Of a stretch of 34,486 nucleotides of DNA, positions 7,717 through 17,600 are shown piece by piece. The stretch is from an uncultured Clostridia bacterium (GTDB lineage: Bacteria > Bacillota > Clostridia > Christensenellales > UBA1242). The notes beneath the pieces are model-generated. The model was not told the origin of the DNA. It did not search any database and saw only the letters and a list, made by a program, of their open reading frames with translations. The stretch is from NCBI GenBank assembly GCA_947303145.1, contig CAMYXB010000002.1, forward strand, positions 1-34,486. The letters run 5' to 3'. Numbering within the stretch: the first letter of the stretch is position 1; the number at the start of each line of letters is the position of its first letter. The position numbers were made by a program, and so were the translations under genes.

Positions 7717-8871
7717 ATGTTTTTGAACACATTTTTAGAGATTTTGGGCGTGATAGGCATTGTTGTTGTGTCTGCATTCGTCATTATTTTCCTATTCGAT
7801 CTTTTCATTTCTCTCATTGACGGAAGCAACGGCATTTTCTTCAGACGTAATAAGAACAATACCAGTTATGAGAACAGCCAAAGACCTGTCCTTATCAATG
7901 AGCCAGTCGTCAAAGAAGAGAAAAAACCTGAGACAGAAGAACTCAAGAAAGATGAGATAATGGAGGCTGTCAAGCAGGCTGTCAAAGAAATTCAAGAAGA
8001 GAATAAAGAAGATACTAAGGTAGAAGTAAAAGAGCAACCTGCTGTCGTAGTGGTAGAGGTCAAAGAGGAACCTAAAGAAGAGGTCAAAGAAGAACCTAAA
8101 GAAGAAGTAAAAGAGGAACCTAAGGAAGAAGTAGAGGAGCCTGTAGTAGAAGAAAAACCTGAGGAAAAGGTCGAGGAAATAGAAGAGGACGAGGAGTCCA
8201 TTATCCGCTCCATTACAGAAGAGACCAAGAAGGAACTGGCCAGACAAGAGCAGGAAGAGAGGCTTACTAGTGAGAATGAAGATATGGCTAGAATTATCGA
8301 GAGTCTTAAGGCTCAGATAGAAGAGGATAAGAAGGCCATAAGAGAACTTGAAGAGAAAGTAAACAATCAAGAGACTGTAGTCGTGACCGAGGTTGTGCCT
8401 CAAGGTAGCAAAGAGGAAATCCTCGCCAGACTAGAAGTCCTAAGACAAAGATTGAAAGAGAACGAGAGAGAACTCTCCGCCAATAAGAAGGAATTCGTCC
8501 CACTGCGTAGAGTGAATAAGACACTTGAAAAGGATAAGAAGAAACTTCGTCGTAGAGAAGCCCTCGTTGCCAAGCAGAGAACAGTGCTTTTCGGTGTCAA
8601 CAATTATATGGATATCGACAATGAGAAAGCCAAGGAACTCGATGAAGAGCTCGAACTCCTCGAGGGACTCAAACTCTCCGTCCAGCATTGCGAAGAAGTG
8701 ATGGAGAAGAACAAGGAAAGATACCCTATCCTCGAGAGAGCCAACGCATTCCTCGTCAAGACTCGTGACGACCTTAAAGCCGACATCAAGGAACTGGAGG
8801 ACAGACTCGCCGTCATCGAGAGCGAAGAGGCTCAAGATGGAGAGGACACTCCTAGCGAGAACGAACAATAG
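7717..8871 (+). CDS. N-terminally anchored coiled-coil protein with EVKEEPKE tandem repeats (384 aa)
   Basis: The TM helix is FLEILGVIGIVVVSAFVIIFLFDLFISLI, followed by an acidic/lysine-rich repeat region and then long heptad-like charged segments. The SD is AGAGGAG. Confidence 0.85.
   Translation: MFLNTFLEILGVIGIVVVSAFVIIFLFDLFISLIDGSNGIFFRRNKNNTSYENSQRPVLINEPVVKEEKKPETEELKKDEIMEAVKQAVKEIQEENKEDTKVEVKEQPAVVVVEVKEEPKEEVKEEPKEEVKEEPKEEVEEPVVEEKPEEKVEEIEEDEESIIRSITEETKKELARQEQEERLTSENEDMARIIESLKAQIEEDKKAIRELEEKVNNQETVVVTEVVPQGSKEEILARLEVLRQRLKENERELSANKKEFVPLRRVNKTLEKDKKKLRRREALVAKQRTVLFGVNNYMDIDNEKAKELDEELELLEGLKLSVQHCEEVMEKNKERYPILERANAFLVKTRDDLKADIKELEDRLAVIESEEAQDGEDTPSENEQ
8056..8127 (+). 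repeat. 3 x 24-nt in-frame tandem repeat (GAGGTCAAAGAGGAACCTAAAGAA and variants) encoding EVKEEPKE
   Basis: The units are at 8056-8079, 8080-8103 and 8104-8127, with a degenerate fourth unit after. They differ by 1-4 nt. Confidence 0.9.
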
Positions 8872-8912
8872 AATATTCACCGGCAATTAGTTTTTTGCTT
8901 TTCATAATTTTG

Positions 8913-8941
8913 GACACCACGCAAGTGGTGTCTTTTCTTTT
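8913..8941 (+). terminator. Intrinsic terminator
   Basis: GACACCAC-GCAA-GTGGTGTC, a perfect 8-bp stem, followed by TTTTCTTTTT. Confidence 0.85.
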
Positions 8942-8993
8942 TAAGAAAATAATGACTAAAAGATTAAAAAATTATTTTTTTTCATTATTTTTT

Positions 8994-9022
8994 TTGCTAT
9001 ATATCGCCAAAAGTGATAAAAT
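8994..9022 (+). promoter_or_regulatory. Promoter of eno
   Basis: TTGCTA (8994-8999), 17 nt ending in TGA, TAAAAT (9017-9022). Confidence 0.6.
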
Positions 9023-9082
9023 GAATATGTTTATGAAAAAACGTAAATTTTATCAAAAGAATAATTTTAGAAGGAAAAAGAT

Positions 9083-10393
9083 ATGAGTAAAGAAACAATA
9101 AGTAGTATTCATGCAAGACAAATCTTAGATTCTCGTGGCAATCCCACTGTGGAAGTGGAGGTCAGGGCTGGTGAAAATGTGGCAGTGGCATCTGTGCCAT
9201 CGGGAGCGTCAACTGGCTCTTTTGAGGCTGTGGAACTGCGAGACAATGACCCATCTATTTATATGGGAAAATCTGTCCTAAAAGCAGTGGAGAATGTCAA
9301 TGGTGAGATAGCACAGGCTCTTGAGGGCAAAGATGTGACAGATATTGAGTCCATTGATAGAATAATGATTGACCTAGACGGCACACCCAATAAATCAAGA
9401 CTAGGTGCCAATGCCACACTCGCAGTCTCACTTGCCTGTGCTAGACTTAAGGCAAAGATAGAGGGGAAGGAACTCTATGAGAGTATAGGGGGCGAGATTG
9501 CCAGAACTCTGCCTGTGCCGATGATGAATATAATCAATGGTGGCAAGCACGCAGACAATTCACTCAATATTCAAGAGTTTATGATAATGCCCGTAGGTGC
9601 AGATGGTTTTGATGTCGCTCTTAGGTGGAGTGTGGAGGTTTTTCACACACTTAAAGGTATATTGAAATCTCGCTCACTCTCTACTGCTGTGGGAGACGAG
9701 GGCGGATTTGCTCCAATGCTACAAAACGATGAGGAGGCACTCATGCTCCTTGTTGAAGCAATAGAAAAGGCAGGATATCGCCCTAGAGAAGATTTCGTCA
9801 TAGCCTTAGACGTGGCATCTACTGAGATGTGGGAAGAGGCGGAGAAAATAGGAGAAAAGGGCAAATATTATTTCTGGAAAACGGGAGAAATATTTACGAG
9901 CGAGGAACTTATTGATTACTATGACAGGTTGTCTCAAAAGTATCCCATTGTATCTATAGAAGATGGGCTGGCGGAAGAAGACTGGGACAACTGGAAGATT
10001 ATGACAGATAGGTTGGGGCCCAAACTTCAACTAGTGGGCGATGATTTGTTCGTCACCAATACCGATAGAATAGAGAAGGGGATTGACCTAGGTGTCGCCA
10101 ATAGCGTGCTTATCAAGCCCAATCAAATAGGCACACTCACAGAAACTATAAAAGCGGTGAGATTGGCACAAGAGAATAAATATACCACCATCATCTCACA
10201 CAGGAGTGGAGAGACAGAGGATACCACCATAGCAGACCTCGCAGTAGGACTCACTAGTGGTCAGATTAAGATAGGTGCTCCTTCTAGAACGGATAGAGTG
10301 TGCAAGTATAATAGACTGCTTAGGATAAATGAGAGGCTGTCAAACAAGGCTATTTTTGCTGGCAAGACTATATTCGCAGATTACCTAAAATAA
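9083..10393 (+). CDS. eno: Enolase (phosphopyruvate hydratase)
   Basis: Signature segments are [31 protein letters not shown] and [13 protein letters not shown]. The protein is 436 aa. Confidence 0.98.
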   Translation: MSKETISSIHARQILDSRGNPTVEVEVRAGENVAVASVPSGASTGSFEAVELRDNDPSIYMGKSVLKAVENVNGEIAQALEGKDVTDIESIDRIMIDLDGTPNKSRLGANATLAVSLACARLKAKIEGKELYESIGGEIARTLPVPMMNIINGGKHADNSLNIQEFMIMPVGADGFDVALRWSVEVFHTLKGILKSRSLSTAVGDEGGFAPMLQNDEEALMLLVEAIEKAGYRPREDFVIALDVASTEMWEEAEKIGEKGKYYFWKTGEIFTSEELIDYYDRLSQKYPIVSIEDGLAEEDWDNWKIMTDRLGPKLQLVGDDLFVTNTDRIEKGIDLGVANSVLIKPNQIGTLTETIKAVRLAQENKYTTIISHRSGETEDTTIADLAVGLTSGQIKIGAPSRTDRVCKYNRLLRINERLSNKAIFAGKTIFADYLK

Positions 10394-10416
10394 TAAAAAA
10401 TCATTAAAAAATACGC

Positions 10417-10454
10417 AAAAAATGCAAAAAAAGTGTGATTTTTTTGCATTTTTT
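10417..10454. terminator. Bidirectional terminator between convergent eno and the VanW gene
   Basis: AAAAAATGCAAAAAAA (10417-10432) and TTTTTTTGCATTTTTT (10439-10454) are perfect 16-nt complements with a 6-nt loop. Confidence 0.6.
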
Positions 10455-10461
10455 GATGTTT

Positions 10462-11874
10462 TTACATATTTTTTGGCAAAGTCATACCTTCAGGGAGGTC
10501 ATCTACGCCCTCGTAGATTATCCCGCATTGTGCGTCATATATGGCGTGTCTTATCTCTTTAGTAGTGGATAGAACCCCGTCCTTGTATATGTCCATATAA
10601 CTTCTCGCCTCGTATCCGTTTTTAGCATTTTTTACTTTTAGATACTCGCCCTTGAACATTATTTTATCACTATATTTGCCTTCTGTGTCTTTGATTATTT
10701 TGTCTTTTTCAGGGATAATCTCTCTGACTATTTCGCTACGCAATTTGATAGTGGTGTCATCGTCTTTGGTTAGTCCATATATTTTTATAGTGAGACGGTC
10801 GCCACTTGCTTGAGATGAAATGTATATGGGAAGTGGCGTGTCATTGATGAATTTGAGGTCTGCTGAACCGAAACTTACCATGGCGTCCATGGCTGGTGGA
10901 ACGTATGAAACGGGTAGGGAATGTTTGTGAGCCTCTGTCACCTCTATACCAGACAAAAGTAGCGCATTGTAGAGAGTGGTGGATACTTGACACACTCCTC
11001 CACCCACACCTTGGACGAAGACTCCGTCCTTTATAATTTTCGCCTCTTTGTATCCATTTTCTTTTGTTCTCCTGCCCACTACTTCGTTGAATGAAAATTC
11101 TTCTCCCGGCATAATCTCCACGCCACACAACTGCTGTGATGCTATCTTAATATTGCTTTTTCTGTCCGCACTTGATTGAGAGAAAGATGTTGAGTATTCG
11201 CCTTGTTTCTTCAAGGCTTTTTTGATGTCTTCACTTTTATATTCCGCCTTAACGTCTTTTGTCTTGATTTTTATCTCTCCGCTCTCGCCATGGCTTGTCA
11301 TGTTTACAATGTCATCATATAGTTTTTCTCTGTCTATCTCTCTCCCCTTTCTATCTTCTCTCACCTCGAAGCGAGATGTGGCAGAGTTGAACACCGCAGT
11401 AGCGTTGACGGGGGCGAGGTCTATTTCCTTTGCTATTTCATCGAGTTTGTCCTCTATGTGAGTGAGTGAATATCTCACTGCTACATCGCTATCAAAGCCC
11501 ATTTCCTTAATTTTTTTTATAAGTCTTGTCTTGCTTTTGCCACTCAATGACTTATATTTATACATCTCGTCCAGCACTGTATGTATGCCACTGGTGATAG
11601 AAAAATCTCTCTCTTCATACACCCATTTTTTGTCGCCGAAGGTGAGAGTGAGAGAATATTCCCCCTCTTCTTCCTTTTCCGCCTTTTCCAGTTTATCCTT
11701 GGCCTTGTCCAGAGTCAGTCCAGACAGGTCCACTCCGCACACACTTATTTCATTGTCAAAAACTGCCTCGCTAAGCACCCATTCATTGATAGCGAGAATT
11801 GAGAAAAAAGGCACAAAAAATGCAAAAAATATCAAAAAAATGCCATTTTTTATTATTTTTTTTAACTTTTTCAT
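10462..11874 (-). CDS. VanW-domain protein with N-terminal membrane anchor (470 aa)
   Basis: The VanW signature GVGGGVCQVSTTLYNALL is present, along with an N-terminal TM helix IFLIFFAFFVPFFSILAI. VanW domains have been linked to L,D-transpeptidase activity in Clostridia. Confidence 0.85.
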   Translation of the reverse strand: MKKLKKIIKNGIFLIFFAFFVPFFSILAINEWVLSEAVFDNEISVCGVDLSGLTLDKAKDKLEKAEKEEEGEYSLTLTFGDKKWVYEERDFSITSGIHTVLDEMYKYKSLSGKSKTRLIKKIKEMGFDSDVAVRYSLTHIEDKLDEIAKEIDLAPVNATAVFNSATSRFEVREDRKGREIDREKLYDDIVNMTSHGESGEIKIKTKDVKAEYKSEDIKKALKKQGEYSTSFSQSSADRKSNIKIASQQLCGVEIMPGEEFSFNEVVGRRTKENGYKEAKIIKDGVFVQGVGGGVCQVSTTLYNALLLSGIEVTEAHKHSLPVSYVPPAMDAMVSFGSADLKFINDTPLPIYISSQASGDRLTIKIYGLTKDDDTTIKLRSEIVREIIPEKDKIIKDTEGKYSDKIMFKGEYLKVKNAKNGYEARSYMDIYKDGVLSTTKEIRHAIYDAQCGIIYEGVDDLPEGMTLPKNM

Positions 11875-11902
11875 ACTTTTAGTATGAGTTTTATATATTT
11901 TT

Positions 11903-13258
11903 TTATGTAAAAATTTGAAATAAAAAAGACGGAATTTCCGTCTTATGTAAATTTTGATGTGAACACTCTTCGTCTATTTCACCTTCGTTGTATCCGATGT
12001 CCGCCACATCTTTCAGTTTCCGTTGAATGGTCTTAGTCTTCTTGGTGGCGAACTCTAGAGAGGTGGACGCCTCTTCTATCTTCTTTTGTGTCTTGGATAG
12101 CAGTTCCACGAACTTGCCAAACTCTGCCTTGAATACGGAAAGGGTGTTCCATATCTCGCTACTGCGCTTTTCTATGGCCAGCGTCTTGAATCCCATTTGT
12201 AGAGAACTTAATAGGGCGGTGAGAGTGGTGGGTCCACACACCATTATCCTATACTTTTGTTGCAAGGTTTCCACAAGAGACGGACGTCTCACCACCTCGG
12301 CATACAGCCCCTCCACAGGCAGATACATCACAGCAAAATCTGTCGTTTGAGGAGGGGATATGTATTTAGAGTAGATACTCTTGGCTTCTTCCTTTATTCT
12401 AGTCTCTAGATTTTTGACTTGCCTATCTATCTCTAGAGTGTCGCCTGCTTCGCTAGCAGAGATAAGTCTTGTATAGTCTTCCATTGGGAACTTGGCGTCA
12501 ATGGGGAGATATAGTCTTTCCTCATCTTTTCCCGGGAGAATAATGGCGAAGTCCACTCGCTCGGGACTGCCTTCCTTTATCTGCACTTGCTCGAGATATT
12601 GAGAGGGGGAGAGGGTTTGCTCTAAGAGAGAGGATAGTTGAACTTCGCCCCAGCCACCACGAGTCTTGACATTGGTCAGCACACGCTTGAGGTCACCCAC
12701 GCCGCTGGCGAGCGATTGCATCTCGCCTATGCCCTTGGACACCACGTCAAGCCCTTGTGTTATTATCTTCACCGACTCGCCGAGACGCTTCTCTAGCGTG
12801 GAGGACAATTTCTCGTCCACAGTCTGTCTCATCTGCTCCAGTTTAGCCTCATTCCTCTCTTGCATAGTTTTAAGGTTGCCAGAAATTATATCAGTTATTC
12901 TGTTGAGCCTACCCTCATTGTTGTTTAGTAGGTCTCTAAGTCTACTCTCTATGTTGTTCCACTGCTGGTTCTGTGCACTCTGCATGGCGGAGAGGTGAGA
13001 GGACTGCCCCTCGCCTAGTTCCTTTATCGCAGAGAGCAGAAATTCGTTCATCTGCTTTACAGAAGATAGAAGATTGTCAAACAAATTTTTGAGAGTCCTC
13101 TCCATGTAGGCATTTTGCCCCGCTATTTCGTCCAAAATCTCCCTATATTCTCCCTTTCGTCTTTTCCTCGAGAGAAGGATAACCAATAGGACAAGCCCAA
13201 TGATTGAAACTAAAAGGGATAAAATGGCCACCAAGGCAAAAAGGTCTAAACTGCTCAT
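11903..13258 (-). CDS. rmuC: DNA recombination protein RmuC
   Basis: N-terminal TM helix, long coiled-coil region and a C-terminal RmuC nuclease-like region (DFAIILPG...YLPIDAKFP...DFAVMYLP). The protein is 451 aa. Confidence 0.88.
   Translation of the reverse strand: MSSLDLFALVAILSLLVSIIGLVLLVILLSRKRRKGEYREILDEIAGQNAYMERTLKNLFDNLLSSVKQMNEFLLSAIKELGEGQSSHLSAMQSAQNQQWNNIESRLRDLLNNNEGRLNRITDIISGNLKTMQERNEAKLEQMRQTVDEKLSSTLEKRLGESVKIITQGLDVVSKGIGEMQSLASGVGDLKRVLTNVKTRGGWGEVQLSSLLEQTLSPSQYLEQVQIKEGSPERVDFAIILPGKDEERLYLPIDAKFPMEDYTRLISASEAGDTLEIDRQVKNLETRIKEEAKSIYSKYISPPQTTDFAVMYLPVEGLYAEVVRRPSLVETLQQKYRIMVCGPTTLTALLSSLQMGFKTLAIEKRSSEIWNTLSVFKAEFGKFVELLSKTQKKIEEASTSLEFATKKTKTIQRKLKDVADIGYNEGEIDEECSHQNLHKTEIPSFLFQIFT
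11922..11944 (-). terminator. Intrinsic terminator of rmuC, lying inside its last 14 codons
   Basis: On the minus strand, AAGACGGA-AAT-TCCGTCTT is followed by TTTTAT. The ORF stop (11903) lies downstream of the hairpin. Confidence 0.6.
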
Positions 13259-13276
13259 AAACTTTTCTCCACATTC

Positions 13277-13305
13277 ATTTTACTTGAAATATCGTTATTT
13301 GGCAA
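13277..13305 (-). promoter_or_regulatory. Promoter of rmuC
   Basis: Minus strand: TTGCCA (13300-13305), 17 nt, TAAAAT (13277-13282). The SD is GGAGAAAAG. Confidence 0.6.
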
Positions 13306-13327
13306 TAGAAAAATGTATGTTTTGTGG

Positions 13328-13435
13328 TTGACAAAGAGTGCAATATGTGATAACATAGCCCTAACCGCATAGAAAAGGTCATAAAGTGCAACACGCCACC
13401 TCTATAGCGAGTCTGGAGGATAAGGAGGATATGAA
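13328..13435 (+). promoter_or_regulatory. rplU promoter plus ~75-nt leader (candidate L21-leader type element)
   Basis: TTGACA (13328-13333), 17 nt ending in TGA, TAACAT (13351-13356). The untranslated leader lies upstream of rplU-prp-rpmA, where Firmicutes carry the L21 leader. The structure was not verified. Confidence 0.5.
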
Positions 13436-13750
13436 ATGTATGCTATCGTAGTAAGCGGTGGGAAGCAATACACCGTTCGTGAAGGCGAGTATGTCGATCT
13501 TGAGAAACTTGATGCCAATGTCGGAGATAAAGTCAATCTAGATGTCGTTCTATACTCCACAGAAGACGGCAATGTCTCTGTGGGACACGAAGTGCTAGAT
13601 GATGTCAAGTGTGAAGCCGAAGTGGTTAGGCAAGACAAGGCTAGCAAGATAATTGTTTTCAAGTATAAAGCGAAGAAGAATGTTCGCTCTAGACAAGGAC
13701 ATAGACAGCCATATACTAGAGTCAAGATTTTGTCCATAAAGAAGGCTTAA
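13436..13750 (+). CDS. rplU: 50S ribosomal protein bL21
   Basis: The protein starts MYAIVVSGGKQYTVREGE and has the GHRQPYT motif. Confidence 0.97.
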   Translation: MYAIVVSGGKQYTVREGEYVDLEKLDANVGDKVNLDVVLYSTEDGNVSVGHEVLDDVKCEAEVVRQDKASKIIVFKYKAKKNVRSRQGHRQPYTRVKILSIKKA

Positions 13751-13752
13751 TT

Positions 13753-14085
13753 ATGACTCACGTGATTATAGAGAAGTCGGGTGGACACATTACACAAGTG
13801 GAGTGTGATGGACACACTGGTTATGGAGTAGAGGGAGAGGACATAGTCTGTAGCGCCTTATCTAGCATAGTGCAGACGGCAGTCCTCGGGCTTATGTCTG
13901 TAGCGGGAGTCAATGTTTCACTCACAAGAGATGAGACAAGAGGTTATCTTAGATGCACCTTGCCCGAGGATATGGACAGCACACAGAGGCATGACGCAGA
14001 TGTCATACTTACTACCATGATGTGTGGGATATGTGACCTAAGAGAAGGCTTCTCAGATTTTATAGAATTGGAGGTAAAGGAATAA
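13753..14085 (+). CDS. prp: Ribosomal-processing cysteine protease Prp
   Basis: It sits between rplU and rpmA. The His/Cys dyad context is CDGHTGYG and DIVCSALS. Confidence 0.9.
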   Translation: MTHVIIEKSGGHITQVECDGHTGYGVEGEDIVCSALSSIVQTAVLGLMSVAGVNVSLTRDETRGYLRCTLPEDMDSTQRHDADVILTTMMCGICDLREGFSDFIELEVKE

Positions 14086-14369
14086 TGTTTATTATACTGC
14101 AACTATTCGCCCACAAGAAAGGTGGCGGCAGCACCAAGAATGGTCGTGATAGCCAAGCCAAAAGACTGGGTATCAAACTTAGCGATGGGCAGAACGCTGT
14201 GGCTGGCAACATCATCGTCCGTCAACGTGGCACCAAGTTCTACGCTGGGGACAATGTAGGTCTTGGTAAGGACTACACACTCTTTGCACTATGTGACGGG
14301 AAGGTCAAGTTCATCACCAAGCATGGTGGCAGAAAGTATGTGACAGTTCTCGCTGGCACAGAGAAATAA
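14085..14369 (+). CDS. rpmA: 50S ribosomal protein bL27 with cleavable N-terminal extension
   Basis: [23 protein letters not shown]: a Prp-type propeptide precedes the conserved AHKK...NGRDS sequence. Confidence 0.97.
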   Translation: MFIILQLFAHKKGGGSTKNGRDSQAKRLGIKLSDGQNAVAGNIIVRQRGTKFYAGDNVGLGKDYTLFALCDGKVKFITKHGGRKYVTVLAGTEK

Positions 14370-14380
14370 TTGACAAGTTG

Positions 14381-15545
<1,165 letters not shown>

Positions 15546-15612
15546 TTATTTTGTTTGCCAAAAACATATTTATAGTATATACTGATTGGGTTATAAAAGG
15601 AGATTTAATATT

Positions 15613-16119
15613 ATGCAAAATTTATTGCTAGACGGAGCAACAAGTAATATAGGTAGTATTATCATGGTGGGCGTGCTTATTCTGCTCATGGTGGTCTACC
15701 TCGTGTTCGGCACCATCAACCGCAATAAAAATCAAGAGCAAGACATGAAGATGCTCTCTGACCTCAAAGTAGGCGATAAGGTGGTCACCAATGCCGGCAT
15801 CTATGGTGAGATAGTCTCACAGAAAGAGACCGATATGGGTAAAGTGGTGGTCCTCAAGACAGGCTGTGAAGATAATGACAAAAAAGCCAGTTTCATCACC
15901 CTCAACGCTAGTGTTATCCTAGGCAAAGATACCAAGAAGGACCTTATTCTAGATGCTGAGGGCAATGTCATCGAGCCTACAGAGGAACTGAAGAGCGAAG
16001 TCATGGGTTCCGCAGTAGACGAAAAGGATAGTGAGGACGACTCCGCCGAGGAGAGCAAAGAGGACAAACTCAACCCTCTCACCGCCCGCCGCCGCTCCAA
16101 AAAGAACGAAGAAAAGTAA
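15613..16119 (+). CDS. yajC: Preprotein translocase subunit YajC with acidic C-terminal extension
   Basis: I moved the start to ATG 15613, which is 10 nt after AAAGGAG; the track start at 15586 is TTG with no SD. There is a single TM helix and the motif GDKVVTNAGIYGEIV. Confidence 0.88.
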   Translation: MQNLLLDGATSNIGSIIMVGVLILLMVVYLVFGTINRNKNQEQDMKMLSDLKVGDKVVTNAGIYGEIVSQKETDMGKVVVLKTGCEDNDKKASFITLNASVILGKDTKKDLILDAEGNVIEPTEELKSEVMGSAVDEKDSEDDSAEESKEDKLNPLTARRRSKKNEEK

Positions 16120-16190
16120 AAATATTAGACGAAAAATATAGAGATAATATAGGAATAATAATATAAAAAAGCAATAGAAAAGTTTATTAG

Positions 16191-16216
16191 AAAAATATAT
16201 TACAAAAATATATTAC
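16191..16216 (+). repeat. 2 x 13-nt perfect tandem repeat AAAAATATATTAC
   Basis: Units at 16191-16203 and 16204-16216, in an intergenic A/T-rich spacer. Confidence 0.9.
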
Positions 16217-16249
16217 AAAAAAAGAGCAAAGACAATTGCTCTATTTTTT
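16217..16249. terminator. Bidirectional terminator between yajC and the 16270 gene
   Basis: A7 run, AGAGCAA (16223-16229), 6-nt loop, TTGCTCT (16236-16242), then A plus T6. Confidence 0.75.
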
Positions 16250-16269
16250 GTTGTGTAATTATAGGTTAT

Positions 16270-17082
16270 TTAATCACACCAAGTAATGTCTGTAAAAGTA
16301 ATTTCATGATTTGATGACCCCCCTATTGTAAAGGCAACTCCCGTATAACCACTCACACGACCAGATCCCTTTAACAAACTATCGCCACCAGTATTAACGC
16401 TACAAAAAAACCAATCAAGAATACCACAATCTCTCAAAAGAACAAGAACACGTCCGGTATAAGTAATAATATGTATATCAGCCATACTCCCTTTATTGGG
16501 GGTAGCCTGCATTTCGGTTGTAAAATTTCTATTCCCGTCTTTTAATTCATTTCCTCTAGCAGGGTTAGTTTCGCTATGCCAACCATTGCCAGTAATAATA
16601 TTTTCATCCCAGTCGTCCCATACCTGCAAAACATCACACTCATCACCATATTTCACATAAGGAAACTTTATTGTCACCTCATAACCTGTCACCTCTTCCC
16701 ACTTTGCCCTCGCATAGAGGTGGTCTGTGAAAGGCATATCAGATGCCGAGGCATAGTCTCTGTAATTAGTCCCGTCTACACTGTATTCATATCCACCAAA
16801 TGTATATCCAGTTCTTGTGGGGTCTGTGGGAAATATAGAGGTGCCCGATAATGTGTTTATCTTGATAGTTGTGTCGAAAGTATGGGCATTGTCATGGTCT
16901 GTGAATACCCCCTCTCCCGCATCGAACGTCACTTGAATATTGGTCGGCGGATTGTATGTGACAGTCTGATCTAGGGTGAGTGTAGCCACCTTAGAACTAT
17001 GGACTATGGTCATGCCACAAATTATGGTGATTATCGCCATAAATGTGCACATTATTGCCCAGTATATTGCTCTTTTAGTCAT
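16270..17082 (-). CDS. N-terminally anchored surface protein with a Listeria-Bacteroides (Flg_new) repeat and an unassigned Trp/Cys-containing C-terminal domain (270 aa)
   Basis: The TM helix is IYWAIMCTFMAIITIICGMTIV. VTFDAGEG...PTRTGYTFGGYEY...LYARAKWE matches the repeat pattern VtFd.nGG...P.r.GYtF.GW...LyAkW. A consensus promoter lies upstream. Confidence 0.85.
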   Translation of the reverse strand: MTKRAIYWAIMCTFMAIITIICGMTIVHSSKVATLTLDQTVTYNPPTNIQVTFDAGEGVFTDHDNAHTFDTTIKINTLSGTSIFPTDPTRTGYTFGGYEYSVDGTNYRDYASASDMPFTDHLYARAKWEEVTGYEVTIKFPYVKYGDECDVLQVWDDWDENIITGNGWHSETNPARGNELKDGNRNFTTEMQATPNKGSMADIHIITYTGRVLVLLRDCGILDWFFCSVNTGGDSLLKGSGRVSGYTGVAFTIGGSSNHEITFTDITWCD

Positions 17083-17114
17083 AAAAAAAACCTCTTTTTA
17101 TTATTTTTAAGAAA

Positions 17115-17165
17115 ATTTTAACACTAAAATTAGTGTATGTCAAATATTTTCACTAAATTTAGTGT
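17115..17165. promoter_or_regulatory. Divergent promoter/operator region of XRE cassette 2
   Basis: Minus-strand promoter: TTGACA (plus-strand coordinates 17138-17143), 17 nt, TAAAAT (17115-17120). The inverted repeat ACACTAAAATTAGTG (17121-17135) / CACTAAATTTAGTGT (17151-17165) matches at 14 of 15 positions. The core TGTATGTCAAATATTTT (17134-17150) is identical to 4096-4112. Confidence 0.75.
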
Positions 17166-17180
17166 AAAATATTATAATAG

Positions 17181-17381
17181 ATGACTACACTCGGGAAAAA
17201 CATCAAAGCCTTGCGAACCCAAAGAGGCATGAGTCAAGGCGAACTAGCGAGGGAGATGGACACCACTCAGCAACGTGTGAGCGAGTGGGAGACGGATAGG
17301 ATAGAGCCATCTTTTTATAATATTGTCAAATTGCTCAAAGTGCTGGATATTACGTTTGAGGACTTGACAGACGGCTTGTAG
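17181..17381 (+). CDS. XRE-family helix-turn-helix transcriptional regulator (66 aa)
   Basis: The HTH_3 pattern is IKALRTQRGMSQGELAREMDTTQQRVSEWETD. The -10-like hexamers TAAAAT (17165-17170) and TATAAT (17173-17178) end 3-11 nt before the ATG. There is no SD. Confidence 0.88.
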   Translation: MTTLGKNIKALRTQRGMSQGELAREMDTTQQRVSEWETDRIEPSFYNIVKLLKVLDITFEDLTDGL

Positions 17382-17389
17382 TTTTTTTA

Positions 17390-17600
17390 TTAAGTGGAAA
17401 AATTGCCGCATTTTGCTATCGTTCGGCAACAAAATGATATAGATAGGACGAGATTGTCACAAAGAGTGAAGTTAACGAACGATAGTGAGTTGACGCAGTC
17501 GAATGGGTCTAGCGGTCTTAGATTCTTCGACTCGGCTTTCAGCCTCGCACTTTGTGGCGTTCGCTTCGCTCGGCAGCAGAATGACAGGAGAAAAACAAAC
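17390..17600 (+). other. Unassigned, probably noncoding structured segment (candidate sRNA or long 3' UTR of the XRE gene)
   Basis: No credible ORF is present. There is a 10-bp long-range stem CTATCGTTCG (17416-17425) / CGAACGATAG (17476-17485) and a 7-bp stem AGTCGAA (17497-17503) / TTCGACT (17526-17532). An internal 16-nt imperfect repeat lies at 17422-17437 and 17569-17584 (13/16). The segment ends at a strong terminator. Confidence 0.35.

Noticed and set aside
8056-8127. Tandem repeats (24-nt x3 here; 13-nt x2 at 16191-16216) as a possible CRISPR or mini-array
   Set aside because: The units are directly adjacent with no spacers. The first set is in-frame coding repeats and the second is a 26-nt A/T duplication. 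No cas genes are present.
8895-9086. 63-aa Lys/Phe-rich ORF upstream of eno
   Set aside because: It covers the terminator, A/T-rich spacer and eno promoter. It starts with TTG, has no SD, and its composition simply reflects A/T-rich DNA.
11903-11944. The rmuC ORF reads through its own terminator hairpin (last 14 codons HKTEIPSFLFQIFT)
   Set aside because: This is probably a trivial C-terminal extension caused by where the first stop falls. I see no evidence of functional significance.
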